From an uncultured Flavobacteriales bacterium (GTDB taxonomy: Bacteria > Bacteroidota > Bacteroidia > Flavobacteriales_E > Vicingaceae): DNA of 64,000 nucleotides. The notes under the pieces were generated by a model that saw only the letters and a program-made list of their open reading frames with translations, ran no database searches and had not been told where the DNA came from. The stretch lies in the NCBI GenBank assembly GCA_905479915.1, contig CAJQOH010000003.1, positions 56,546-120,545 of the forward strand, given 5' to 3'. The translations under genes and the position numbers were made by a program. Shown in pieces: positions 46,892-55,679 of this stretch (the first letter of the stretch is position 1; every line of letters begins with the position of its first letter).

Positions 46892-47902
46892 ATGCCAAAT
46901 TTTATAAAACCCATTTCTAAATACTTTCTTAGTCTAATATTTTTAGTTTTTATTACTTCACTATTTCAAGAGGAGGTTAATTCTTGGGGGTTCTTCGGAC
47001 ATAAAAAAATCAATCGGATGGCAGTATTTACCTTGCCTCCTGAAATGATTCAATTTTATAAGAAGAATATAGAATACATTACAGAACATGCTGTTGATCC
47101 TGATAAAAGAAGGTATGTTTTGGATGAAGAGGCTGCAAGACATTACATAGATGTAGATCATTATGTTCATTCTGGAGAAGATCCTTTTAGCTTAATCCCT
47201 CAAAAATGGTTTGATGCTGTAGATAAATTTACTGAAGATACTTTACAGAAATATGGCATTGTACCATGGCATGTAAATCTTATGGTACTTCGTTTAACTA
47301 AAGCTTTTGAAGAAAAAGACGTAGACAAGATTTTACACCTTTCTGCTGATCTAGGGCATTATGTGGGGGATTCTCATGTGCCTTTACATACTACAGAAAA
47401 TTATGATGGTCAATTAAGTGGTCAAAGAGGAATACATGGGTTTTGGGAGTCTCGTTTGCCAGAATTGAAATCTAAAGATTACAATTACTTTGTTGGAAGA
47501 GCAGAATATATAGAACATATATTAGAAGATGAATGGGAGACTGTTAAAGGTAGTTTTGGGGCGTTGGATTCTGTTTTAGGTTTTGAACGTGTTTTAAATG
47601 AACAATTCCCAACTGATCAGAAGTATAGTTATGAAAATAGAGGTTCTACCATTATAAAAACTTATTCAGAAGATTATTCTACCGCGTATCATAACATGAT
47701 GAACGGAATGGTTGAACGTAGGTTGACACGTTCGATTATTAAGGTTGGGAGTTATTGGTATACGGCATGGGTTAACGCTGGTCAACCAGATTTAAATGAA
47801 CTTTTAGAAAGCCGACTTTCCAAAAAACAATTGGAAGAAAACTTAAAATTGGATAGAAGTTATCGAGGTGCTAAGATTAGAGGGAGAGGGCATCAGGATT
47901 GA
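46892..47902 (+). CDS. Zinc-dependent phospholipase C / S1-P1 nuclease superfamily protein
   Basis: A signal/anchor is followed by 'WGFFGHKKIN' (N-terminal Trp/His zinc ligands) and 'HYVGDSHVPLHTTENYDG' (HxxGDxHxPLH). The ATG at 46892 is preferred. Confidence 0.68.
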   Translation: MPNFIKPISKYFLSLIFLVFITSLFQEEVNSWGFFGHKKINRMAVFTLPPEMIQFYKKNIEYITEHAVDPDKRRYVLDEEAARHYIDVDHYVHSGEDPFSLIPQKWFDAVDKFTEDTLQKYGIVPWHVNLMVLRLTKAFEEKDVDKILHLSADLGHYVGDSHVPLHTTENYDGQLSGQRGIHGFWESRLPELKSKDYNYFVGRAEYIEHILEDEWETVKGSFGALDSVLGFERVLNEQFPTDQKYSYENRGSTIIKTYSEDYSTAYHNMMNGMVERRLTRSIIKVGSYWYTAWVNAGQPDLNELLESRLSKKQLEENLKLDRSYRGAKIRGRGHQD

Positions 47903-47996
47903 TTTTTGTGTGCCAATAACTACTGCTATATTTCGCAACCAAAATGCAATATGACAGATTGTTATGTGAGCTTTTAACCTAAAGTGCTAATAGATA

Positions 47997-48034
47997 AGGA
48001 CGTTTGATAATTTATCAAACGTCCTATGTTTTTT
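47997..48034. terminator. Hairpin terminator between convergent genes
   Basis: aggacgtttgata / att / tatcaaacgtcct form a 13-bp perfect stem, followed by atgtttttt. Confidence 0.75.
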
Positions 48035-48059
48035 ATAGAGCTATAAAGTTTTTATTTTG

Positions 48060-48284
48060 TTATGAGTCTTTTGCTTTTTTATCTACAAAATAATTGCTTA
48101 CAAAAATGATAATATTTACAAATAAAGAAAAACCTATGGCATCAATCAAGAAAGAGGTAAAGGTGTCTGCATTAATGGCTTCATTATTATCAGTGTAAAA
48201 ATAGTAGTAAGTTTCAGAAACTAATACTAACAATGTAGTAAATATTACTAGAGCAAATACTCGAACTATTTTATTTTTATTCAT
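48060..48284 (-). CDS. 74-aa two-TM small membrane protein (candidate immunity/partner protein)
   Basis: The ATG at 48284 lies 10 nt after the LamG gene stop. Sequence: MNKNKIVRVFALVIFTTLLVLVSE...FLIDAIGFSLFVNIIIFVSNYF..KKAKDS. The longer track start overlaps the upstream gene. Confidence 0.5.
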   Translation of the reverse strand: MNKNKIVRVFALVIFTTLLVLVSETYYYFYTDNNEAINADTFTSFLIDAIGFSLFVNIIIFVSNYFVDKKAKDS

Positions 48285-48294
48285 AAATATATTT

Positions 48295-49950
48295 TTAAGG
48301 AGCAAAAGACTTCCATAATGCACCACCAAGCATGGCAACAGCTAAAGTTATCGGAGCAACAGGTCCGCTTGCAAGTGCTGCACCAACCCCCCATGTTACA
48401 GCGCCATATCCAGCGCCTCTACCATCAGCTTTAACCCAAGGAGCAGCTTTACTTTGATCTTCTTGGTCAAAATGAATTCGATAAGCATCTCCAATACCAG
48501 AACCTCCCATTGAAGTTGGGTTCCATATTTGTGCAGATGCTTTAGTTACATCAATAGTAGTTGTAATGATGTCTAAGTCTACTTGGTTGGTTACTGTAAC
48601 TTTTGCTTCCTCTTTTAATGAGCAGAGTCTTTTATCTAGACTACAAACATTAACTGTTTTGTCAATAATCTTATCTATTCTTTTATAAATTTTTACTGCT
48701 TCTGGTGAACTAAGGAAATTTAATGTAACCTCTTTTGAGCTTTCGGAAGAAGTTGAATTATCTACAATATTTTGTTGTTGTTCTTTTGATATACCAGGTA
48801 TGTTAATACTCATAAAGATCTCTTCTTGAGTCATATTAGGGTTCTCTCTAAATTTTTCTAAACCTTGAATAATATAATAATTATGTAAAACACCTATTTC
48901 CATAGGATTAACTTTTTCCCATCTTTTTTCTAATTCAATTTCACATTTTTGTTGGTGTATCCAATTAGGATCATTATTATCAACTTCATTAGAAGAACCT
49001 AAAAAAGTTTTTTCTTTTGATACTCTATCTTTTATAGATTGATTTTTTCCTTTATTTAATTTAAAGTAAGAAACTAAATTAGGGTTGTTTTTTACAACAA
49101 CTGCTTTATTCATATTTACAGCAATTTCCACATTAGTTCTAGCAGTATTCCAGATACGAGCATCAGATATCATTCCGTTAAAAGGAAATTTATTACCTCT
49201 TGTTAATCCTATTCTATTATTTAATCCTGTCGCTATATTAGGAACCCCTGAAATTGTTTTTGTTCCAAATAAGACTCCGTCAGCATAAAAAGAAAGTAAA
49301 TCTCCAGCTCTAGTGATTGCAACGTGATGGCAAGTTCCATCTAACAAAGTGGCATTAAATGTACCGTTGTTTAAAACAAAGTAATTAACACCTGCTAATT
49401 GTACTGCTAACATTTTATGAGAAGCTCCACCCCAAATATTGTGAAAAAAGAATTTCATACCACTAGAGGTATTAGGTCGATTACAAAAAATAGTAGGATG
49501 ATTACCTGCTAAGTTTTCATCTCCATTAATCCAAGTTTCAAAAGTGAAATCACCATCAGTAATCTGGTCAAGAGCTGACGATGAAGTTTCTATATAGTCG
49601 TCTACTCCATCAAATTTTAATGCATTATTTTCATTAATAGGATTGTCATCTTGATTTTCTTCAAGCTCCTCGAAAGCAAGAATGTTTTCAGATGAACTAT
49701 GCAAAACTTTAATACTTTCCTCATTATCATTAAATTCTAATTGAATATCTTGGTTTGAAATTAGGACTCCTTGAGAATAAGCTGATGTTTTATACAAAAT
49801 ATCAGTTTCTAAGTTAATAATAGAGGCTACATCATTATTCCCGATGTTTACAATACCTAAAACTTTTGCATTGTGTAAGTTTTGAGCAGTTATCGTATAA
49901 CTTAATATTGTTATCAATGACAATGTCATTAATAGTTTAATTTTTTTCAT
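48295..49950 (-). CDS. Secreted LamG (concanavalin A-like lectin) domain protein with a C-terminal Gly/Ala-rich hydrophobic tail
   Basis: Signal peptide MKKIKLLMTLSLITILSYTITAQ. The Laminin_G_3-like core is 'ALKFDGVDDYIE...FTFETWI...CHHVAITRAGDLLSFYADG...FNGMISDARIWNTAR'. The tail is 'GRGAGYGAVTWGVGAALASGPVAPITLAVAMLGGALWKSFAP'. Confidence 0.8.
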   Translation of the reverse strand: MKKIKLLMTLSLITILSYTITAQNLHNAKVLGIVNIGNNDVASIINLETDILYKTSAYSQGVLISNQDIQLEFNDNEESIKVLHSSSENILAFEELEENQDDNPINENNALKFDGVDDYIETSSSALDQITDGDFTFETWINGDENLAGNHPTIFCNRPNTSSGMKFFFHNIWGGASHKMLAVQLAGVNYFVLNNGTFNATLLDGTCHHVAITRAGDLLSFYADGVLFGTKTISGVPNIATGLNNRIGLTRGNKFPFNGMISDARIWNTARTNVEIAVNMNKAVVVKNNPNLVSYFKLNKGKNQSIKDRVSKEKTFLGSSNEVDNNDPNWIHQQKCEIELEKRWEKVNPMEIGVLHNYYIIQGLEKFRENPNMTQEEIFMSINIPGISKEQQQNIVDNSTSSESSKEVTLNFLSSPEAVKIYKRIDKIIDKTVNVCSLDKRLCSLKEEAKVTVTNQVDLDIITTTIDVTKASAQIWNPTSMGGSGIGDAYRIHFDQEDQSKAAPWVKADGRGAGYGAVTWGVGAALASGPVAPITLAVAMLGGALWKSFAP

Positions 49951-50058
49951 TTTTTTAAAGTAATATTAAAATTCTGCTTACTTTTAATTTAAAGTCTCTT
50001 CAGCTTATTTCGACCTTTTTTGAAATTGACAATTAACTAATGTTGATTAGTTTTTGTC

Positions 50059-50066
50059 CAAATGTA
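50059..50066 (-). promoter_or_regulatory. Candidate -7 promoter box (TACATTTG on the minus strand), ~109 nt upstream of the LamG gene
   Basis: The plus-strand caaatgta is the reverse complement of TACATTTG. It lies in a 324-nt non-coding region. Confidence 0.3.
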
Positions 50067-50274
50067 GGTCGCAAATTATTGTTTAACAAGGCCTTGTATG
50101 AAAATACCGTTGTGCACGTATGGTAGGGTACCATTGAGCACTTAGGTATTAATACACAGTTTTTGATGGGGTAAATTAAATCAAGAAGTAAATCTTATTC
50201 CAAGACTTATATTAAGTCGATTCTATAAAACTAAACTTGAATTAATATTGAAAAGAAGATAATTGATTGATACT

Positions 50275-51927
50275 CTAGTTTAACTCAACCGTTTTTAAGC
50301 TTAATAAATTTAGCGGGTTAACTCCTAGCTTTTTAACGTTCTTTTGATACAATCTTACTACTTCATCATAATACAAAGGAATAACAGGGGCTTCTTCAAT
50401 TAAAATCATGTCCATCTCTCTGTAATAATGCTGACGTAAAGAATCGTTTGTTTCCGATTGAGCTTTTTCATACAGTTTATCAAAATCAAAATTCTTAAAG
50501 TGCGTATAATTTGGACCATGTGGCGTAAAGTTCTTGCTGTAGAACAATGCTAAATAGTTCTCAGCATCAGGATAATCTGCCATCCATGATTTTCTAAAGA
50601 AATTCACTTTAGATCGTGCTACTAATTCATTATGGGTAATTCCTGGATTTAAATCAATTTTAATTTTAAATCCAATTTCATTCAATTGGTGTTGAATAAA
50701 CTCACATAAATCAACATAATCTTTAGTTGTATAAAGGGTGATTTCTGGTAAGCCTTCTCCATTAGGAAATCCTGCAGCAAAAAGCAATTCTTTTGCTTTT
50801 TCTGGATCATAAGAATATCCTTTAACGATATCTTCATTAAATGAAGGCAGTCCTTTAGGAACGAAACCTGCTGTAGCTGGAGTACCGATATTGTTTCGTA
50901 GGTAAGTCATCATACTCTTTTTATCAAAACCATAGTTGATTGCTTGTCTCACCATCTTTTTTCTTAGTGGACTGTTCGTAACAATACTTAACTCATCATC
51001 AACTAAAATTCCTAAATACTCTGTGTTCAATTGAGGGTTGGTAATCATGTTAAACTTTTTTGCTTGTTCAGGTTGTAATTTACCATCACTTGTAAATATG
51101 GCATCTTTATTATCTCCTTTAGGATCGTTCATGAAATCTAATTCTCCAGTTAAAAAGCTAAAAAACTCTTGGTCTATATCTTTTACAAAAGTGATGGCAA
51201 CACCATCAATATATGGAAGCTGATTTCCTTTGGCATCTTTTTCGAAATAGTTTTCATTTTTTCGCAATACCATTTTACTTCCTTCTTCCCACATTTTAAA
51301 TTTAAAAGGACCAGTTCCAATAGGGTTGTTTCGGTAGTCATTTTTATAATGAGATACAATTTCTTCTGCAACTACAGAACAATACTGCATTGTTAAAACA
51401 CCTAAGAAAGGAGGGAGTGGATTGGTTAAGTAAATCTTAAAAGTAGTATCATCAATTGCCTCAAACGCTTTAAAATCTCTTTCTTCAACATAATCAATGT
51501 TGTTAAAAATCCATTTTCCAGGAGAAGCTACTTCAGGATCAATAATTCTATTGAAGCTGTATACAAAATCTTTGGCAACTACTTTTCTGCCTTTTCCATC
51601 AGTAAATAATTCATGATCATGGAAATAAACATCGCTTCTTAGGTGGAATGTGTAGGTTTTACCATCCTCAGAAATCTCCCAATTTTTTGCAATACTCGGT
51701 AGGATGTTTAGGCTGTCATTCATTTGAACTAGACCATTGTATAAATGGTTTGCCGCCCAGATGGTTTCTCTATTTCTACTAAAGGCAGGATCTAAAGAGG
51801 CAATGCCTTCAGATTCATTGTACCTAAATACTTTTTTAGAAGTATCACTAACATTCTTATTCCTCCCACAAGAAATTAGAAGTATAGATAGTATTGAATA
51901 GATGGCTAATGAGCGAAACTTTATCAT
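50275..51927 (-). CDS. ABC transporter substrate-binding protein, peptide/nickel (family 5) type; lipoprotein
   Basis: Lipobox 'LLISC'. 'ASLDPA', 'Y.GLV', 'Y.F.LR..V.FHD' and related motifs are typical of SBP_bac_5. 550 aa. Confidence 0.88.
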   Translation of the reverse strand: MIKFRSLAIYSILSILLISCGRNKNVSDTSKKVFRYNESEGIASLDPAFSRNRETIWAANHLYNGLVQMNDSLNILPSIAKNWEISEDGKTYTFHLRSDVYFHDHELFTDGKGRKVVAKDFVYSFNRIIDPEVASPGKWIFNNIDYVEERDFKAFEAIDDTTFKIYLTNPLPPFLGVLTMQYCSVVAEEIVSHYKNDYRNNPIGTGPFKFKMWEEGSKMVLRKNENYFEKDAKGNQLPYIDGVAITFVKDIDQEFFSFLTGELDFMNDPKGDNKDAIFTSDGKLQPEQAKKFNMITNPQLNTEYLGILVDDELSIVTNSPLRKKMVRQAINYGFDKKSMMTYLRNNIGTPATAGFVPKGLPSFNEDIVKGYSYDPEKAKELLFAAGFPNGEGLPEITLYTTKDYVDLCEFIQHQLNEIGFKIKIDLNPGITHNELVARSKVNFFRKSWMADYPDAENYLALFYSKNFTPHGPNYTHFKNFDFDKLYEKAQSETNDSLRQHYYREMDMILIEEAPVIPLYYDEVVRLYQKNVKKLGVNPLNLLSLKTVELN

Positions 51928-52025
51928 AACAGTACAATTTTAATACTGTAATAGTAAGTAAAGCATTAAATGATTCTACTCGATGGAACTCGTTCTTTTC
52001 AACACGTTTCTGTTAGTGAAATTGT

Positions 52026-52982
52026 TTATGAAACTAGGGAATAGTTTTCAAAAGAAACTCCATTTAGAAGCGATACAATATCCATGCGTTTTTTTCCAGC
52101 CAATTGAAGCTCTTTAATGTTTAAGAAACCTTCATTAACTGCAATTTTTAATTCTTTTTTTGAAACGATAATATCACCATTGTTATGCTGGTGCTGTTCT
52201 TCAATTTTTTCGGTTCTAAAGATTTTACAAGAAAGAACCTCTTCGGTTTCTTTATGTTTAAATTCTGTCCAAGCAGTTGGGTAGGGACTTAAACCTCTAA
52301 CATGGTTGTGTATTTGATGCATTGGTTTGTTCCAATCAATTTTACAAAAGGGTTTAAATATTTTAAAAGCTTCCTTTAATTCTTGATCTTCATTTTGAGC
52401 TTGAGAATTGATGCTTTCATTTTCAATGTCTTGAACTGTTTTTAAAACCAACGATGAACCAATGTTCATCAATTTGTCATGTAATTCTCCAGCAGTTTCG
52501 TTTTCTCCAATAGCGGTTTTTTCTTGAGCAATAATATCTCCAGTATCAATTTTATGTTGTAAAAAGAAAGTAGAAACCCCAGTTTCTTTTTCTCCATTAA
52601 TGATTGCCCAATTGATAGGCGCAGCTCCTCTGTATTGAGGTAGGAGAGAGGCATGCAGGTTAAAGGTTCCCATTTCTGGCATGTTCCAAACAGCTTCTGG
52701 TAACATTCTAAAGGCTACCACAATTTGAAGGTTGGCATTTAATGCTTTCAGTTCGTTTAAAAATTCTTCTGATTTAAGATTGGTAGGTTGTAAAGTTTTT
52801 AAACCATTGGCGTCAGCATATTTTTTAACTGCTGATTGGTTTATTTTCTGACCCCTACCTGATGGCTTATCTGGAGCAGTGATTACCCCAACAATATTAC
52901 AGTTGTTTTCAACCAATATTCTTAAAGACTCCACTGCAAAATCTGGAGTACCCATGTAAACTATTCTTAAATCTTTACTCAT
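52026..52982 (-). CDS. fmt: Methionyl-tRNA formyltransferase
   Basis: 'RIVYMGTPDFAV', 'NLHASLLPQYRGAAPINWAIINGEKETGV', plus the C-terminal Fmt domain. Confidence 0.95.
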   Translation of the reverse strand: MSKDLRIVYMGTPDFAVESLRILVENNCNIVGVITAPDKPSGRGQKINQSAVKKYADANGLKTLQPTNLKSEEFLNELKALNANLQIVVAFRMLPEAVWNMPEMGTFNLHASLLPQYRGAAPINWAIINGEKETGVSTFFLQHKIDTGDIIAQEKTAIGENETAGELHDKLMNIGSSLVLKTVQDIENESINSQAQNEDQELKEAFKIFKPFCKIDWNKPMHQIHNHVRGLSPYPTAWTEFKHKETEEVLSCKIFRTEKIEEQHQHNNGDIIVSKKELKIAVNEGFLNIKELQLAGKKRMDIVSLLNGVSFENYSLVS

Positions 52983-52986
52983 GGGG

Positions 52987-52994
52987 CAAAGGTA
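52987..52994 (-). promoter_or_regulatory. Candidate -7 promoter box (TACCTTTG on the minus strand), 4 nt upstream of the fmt ATG
   Basis: The plus-strand caaaggta is the reverse complement of TAnnTTTG. Confidence 0.3.
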
Positions 52995-53031
52995 GGATAA
53001 GAAATTTAGATGTAAATAATAATTGGGTTGA

Positions 53032-53826
53032 TTAAATACTCTTAATCTCTTCTGATTTTATCCAACCAACATTTCCGTTAGGGAGTTTAATTTTACTCCA
53101 ATCAGTACTTTCTTCAAGGACGGTTACCTTAGTTCCTTCATGAAGAGTAAAAAGCTTTTCTGCTTTAGTGTTGGGTTCACTTTGAATTGTAGTTGTAGGA
53201 GCAAAAATAATGGCTTCTGCAGATTTTTTGATGATAGCATCGTGTTGTGAAGCCATTAATAATGTAAACATTGATAGTCCCAGGAAAAGGAGTCCAGCAT
53301 AAAAACCGGCTTTTTTAATGATGACTTGTTCCATTAACAAATAGCTGATGAATAAGATCAATGACAAGAAGATTAATCCTATCGTATAATAAGCCCAAAT
53401 TTGAACAGTTTTAGAAGTAACCAAAGTTTTCCATGTATTGCCAATAAACAACTCAGGCAGACGATCTATTTTATCAATGGTTCTTTTATTGGCCATTTTC
53501 AAATTGAATATCGCATCTTCATTGTCTGGTTTTAGTTTTAAGGCTTTCTCATAATTTAAAATCGCATTTGGAATATCGTCTGTTTTGTAAAAGCAGTTTC
53601 CTAAATTGAAATAGATGTCTGTAGAGATATGATCAGCATTAAGAAGAGATTGGTATTCTTCGATAGCTTCTTGGTAATTTCCTTCAGCATAAAAATCGTT
53701 GGCTTTTTCAAAATTTTCAAGTGAAGAAGCAAAAGAGGTACTTGAAATAAATAAGAATACCACTAAAAGTTTCAATGATAAGATTGCTGAGTATCTTGTA
53801 ATAATGTATGTAAATTTATTCTTCAT
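53032..53826 (-). CDS. batE: BatE-like TPR / TM / SH3b-domain protein
   Basis: TPR repeats (YAEGNYQEAIEEYQ..), two TM helices and a C-terminal SH3-like 'WSKIKLPNGNVGWI'. It is the last gene of the Bat operon. Confidence 0.72.
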   Translation of the reverse strand: MKNKFTYIITRYSAILSLKLLVVFLFISSTSFASSLENFEKANDFYAEGNYQEAIEEYQSLLNADHISTDIYFNLGNCFYKTDDIPNAILNYEKALKLKPDNEDAIFNLKMANKRTIDKIDRLPELFIGNTWKTLVTSKTVQIWAYYTIGLIFLSLILFISYLLMEQVIIKKAGFYAGLLFLGLSMFTLLMASQHDAIIKKSAEAIIFAPTTTIQSEPNTKAEKLFTLHEGTKVTVLEESTDWSKIKLPNGNVGWIKSEEIKSI

Positions 53827-55622
53827 TATTTAACCTCCTCCTCAATTTGGTTAATAATAGTTTCTGCTTTGGTATAAACTTCTTGTTCAGAAATTGATAC
53901 AGGGGCAAAACGGGCCATATCGCATAATTCTATTGTATCGATTAATTCAATAGATGTTTGTTCTCCAACATTAAGTTGAGATAATTTTTCTTTAATGTTA
54001 GATTGGTTTAATTCTGCTACCGGAATGTTTAATTTGTTCCCAATGTATCCAAATAGAGCTTTAGAGATATCTTCATAGAAGGCAGACTTGTTATTCTCAG
54101 CTAAACTCTGCTTTGCAGAACTCAATAGTTTTCCGGCAATTTTACTTGCTTTTTTCTTTTTCATTCCAGCAACATCACTATTGGCAACTCTAATTTTATT
54201 TCTGAAAATAAATGTAATTACAAATAGTATTGGTGCCAATAGAAGTAATAGATAGAACATTAAACTTCCATAAAAATTGGATGTTGAACTTGAGAACTTA
54301 ACATCATTGGTATGAATGTATCGGATGTCTTCTCCTAATACTTGAATATCTTCTTTACTTGAAGAATAAACAACGTTATCTGAAGCACTACCATCACTCT
54401 TTAATACATTAATTTCAATTGGTCCAGAGTTAATTGTTTCGTATTTTTTTGTTGAAGGATTGAAATAACTAAATATAATAGGATCTAGTTTAAATTTCCC
54501 AGCATGACGCGGAATTACTAAATAATCAAACTCTTTAGAACCAGAAACTCCTGCAGTTGTTGTTTTAATGTTGTCGTTTATTTTTGGATCATAAGTTTCA
54601 AAATCTGAAGGGAAATTCATTTCAGGAATATCAATTAGTGGTAGATTTCCTTTACCAGAAACTTTAACTTTTATATTGATAGCTTCATTGGCTTTTACCT
54701 CATTTGCAGATACATCAACTTTCATATCTAAATTACCAACCGCATTTGTAAAGTCTGCAGGAGCATTAGAAGGGTGGGGAAGTACGGTGATTTTAATAGG
54801 CTTACTTTTTAAACTGTACTCTACATTTTCTACTCTTCCAAAAAACTGATCAAAAACACTTTGTCCGCCACCTTTAACTCTTTTTTGGACAATAAACTTC
54901 ATCTCTAGAGGGTCAATTTCTAAGTTTCCTGATCGCTGCGGAAACAGTACGATTTCACGTATTTTGGCAACACTATACCTGTACCCTCCAATTATTTCTT
55001 TGGTCCATACAGATTCTCCAAAATCAATTTCTTGACTCCAAAATCCATTTAAATCAGCATTCTTAACCAATTCATTTCCAGCTAGTCCAACTCGTGTATA
55101 AAGTTTGTAAGTGGCAATTATTTGCTCTCCTTGGTAAACCTTCCTTCTGGTTACTGTAGACTTAATAAACAATTCGTCAGAAGCTGAACCTCCAGATTTT
55201 GTTTGACTCCCTGCTTGGCTCCCATTTTGTTGCACCTTAACGCCTTTGCCAACTTTAATTTTTAAAGAGTTTGTCTTTATTGCTTTCCCATTTGCAGCAG
55301 CAACTGCAGGTCCTATTGTAAATTCTCCCTCTTTTACAGCCATTAAAACATAACTATAGCTTATGCTAGAGGTAGTTTTTCCATTCACCCAACTCATGTT
55401 GGTAGATTGGTTCGGACCAGATAAGACTCTAAAATTACCTAGTTTGGGAGCTTTAAAATTTCCAATTTTTGTATTGGCAGTAAATTGAATTTGAAAACGA
55501 TCTCCAGTTTTTACAGCGGTATGACTGGTCTGTGCTGTAAAAGTAACATCCTGAGCAAAGCCAAAACCAACCAATAGAAGGGTTAGTAATGTTAGAGTGG
55601 TATGTTTTAAAAGTGTTTTCAT
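53826..55622 (-). CDS. batD: BatD-like oxygen-tolerance protein
   Basis: Signal peptide, repeated beta-sandwich BatD domains, a single TM helix near the C terminus and a cytoplasmic helical tail. 598 aa, at the expected operon position. Confidence 0.78.
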   Translation of the reverse strand: MKTLLKHTTLTLLTLLLVGFGFAQDVTFTAQTSHTAVKTGDRFQIQFTANTKIGNFKAPKLGNFRVLSGPNQSTNMSWVNGKTTSSISYSYVLMAVKEGEFTIGPAVAAANGKAIKTNSLKIKVGKGVKVQQNGSQAGSQTKSGGSASDELFIKSTVTRRKVYQGEQIIATYKLYTRVGLAGNELVKNADLNGFWSQEIDFGESVWTKEIIGGYRYSVAKIREIVLFPQRSGNLEIDPLEMKFIVQKRVKGGGQSVFDQFFGRVENVEYSLKSKPIKITVLPHPSNAPADFTNAVGNLDMKVDVSANEVKANEAINIKVKVSGKGNLPLIDIPEMNFPSDFETYDPKINDNIKTTTAGVSGSKEFDYLVIPRHAGKFKLDPIIFSYFNPSTKKYETINSGPIEINVLKSDGSASDNVVYSSSKEDIQVLGEDIRYIHTNDVKFSSSTSNFYGSLMFYLLLLLAPILFVITFIFRNKIRVANSDVAGMKKKKASKIAGKLLSSAKQSLAENNKSAFYEDISKALFGYIGNKLNIPVAELNQSNIKEKLSQLNVGEQTSIELIDTIELCDMARFAPVSISEQEVYTKAETIINQIEEEVK

Positions 55623-55679
55623 TTTGATTCGTCAATATTACAAACAGATTCCGAATCAAGTTCGGAATGACAGGTATTT

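Noticed and set aside
17797-51396. Remaining short internal or antisense ORFs in the track: 17797..18072, 19224..19424, 21536..21760, 29974..30222, 30968..31243, 31500..31700, 32633..32815, 34674..34874, 40414..40644, 41947..42177, 42647..42853, 46961..47170, 49085..49288, 51038..51396, 52469..52654, 55453..55686, 58041..58238, 60633..60899.
   Set aside because: All are embedded in longer ORFs that have clear family motifs. None has independent support.
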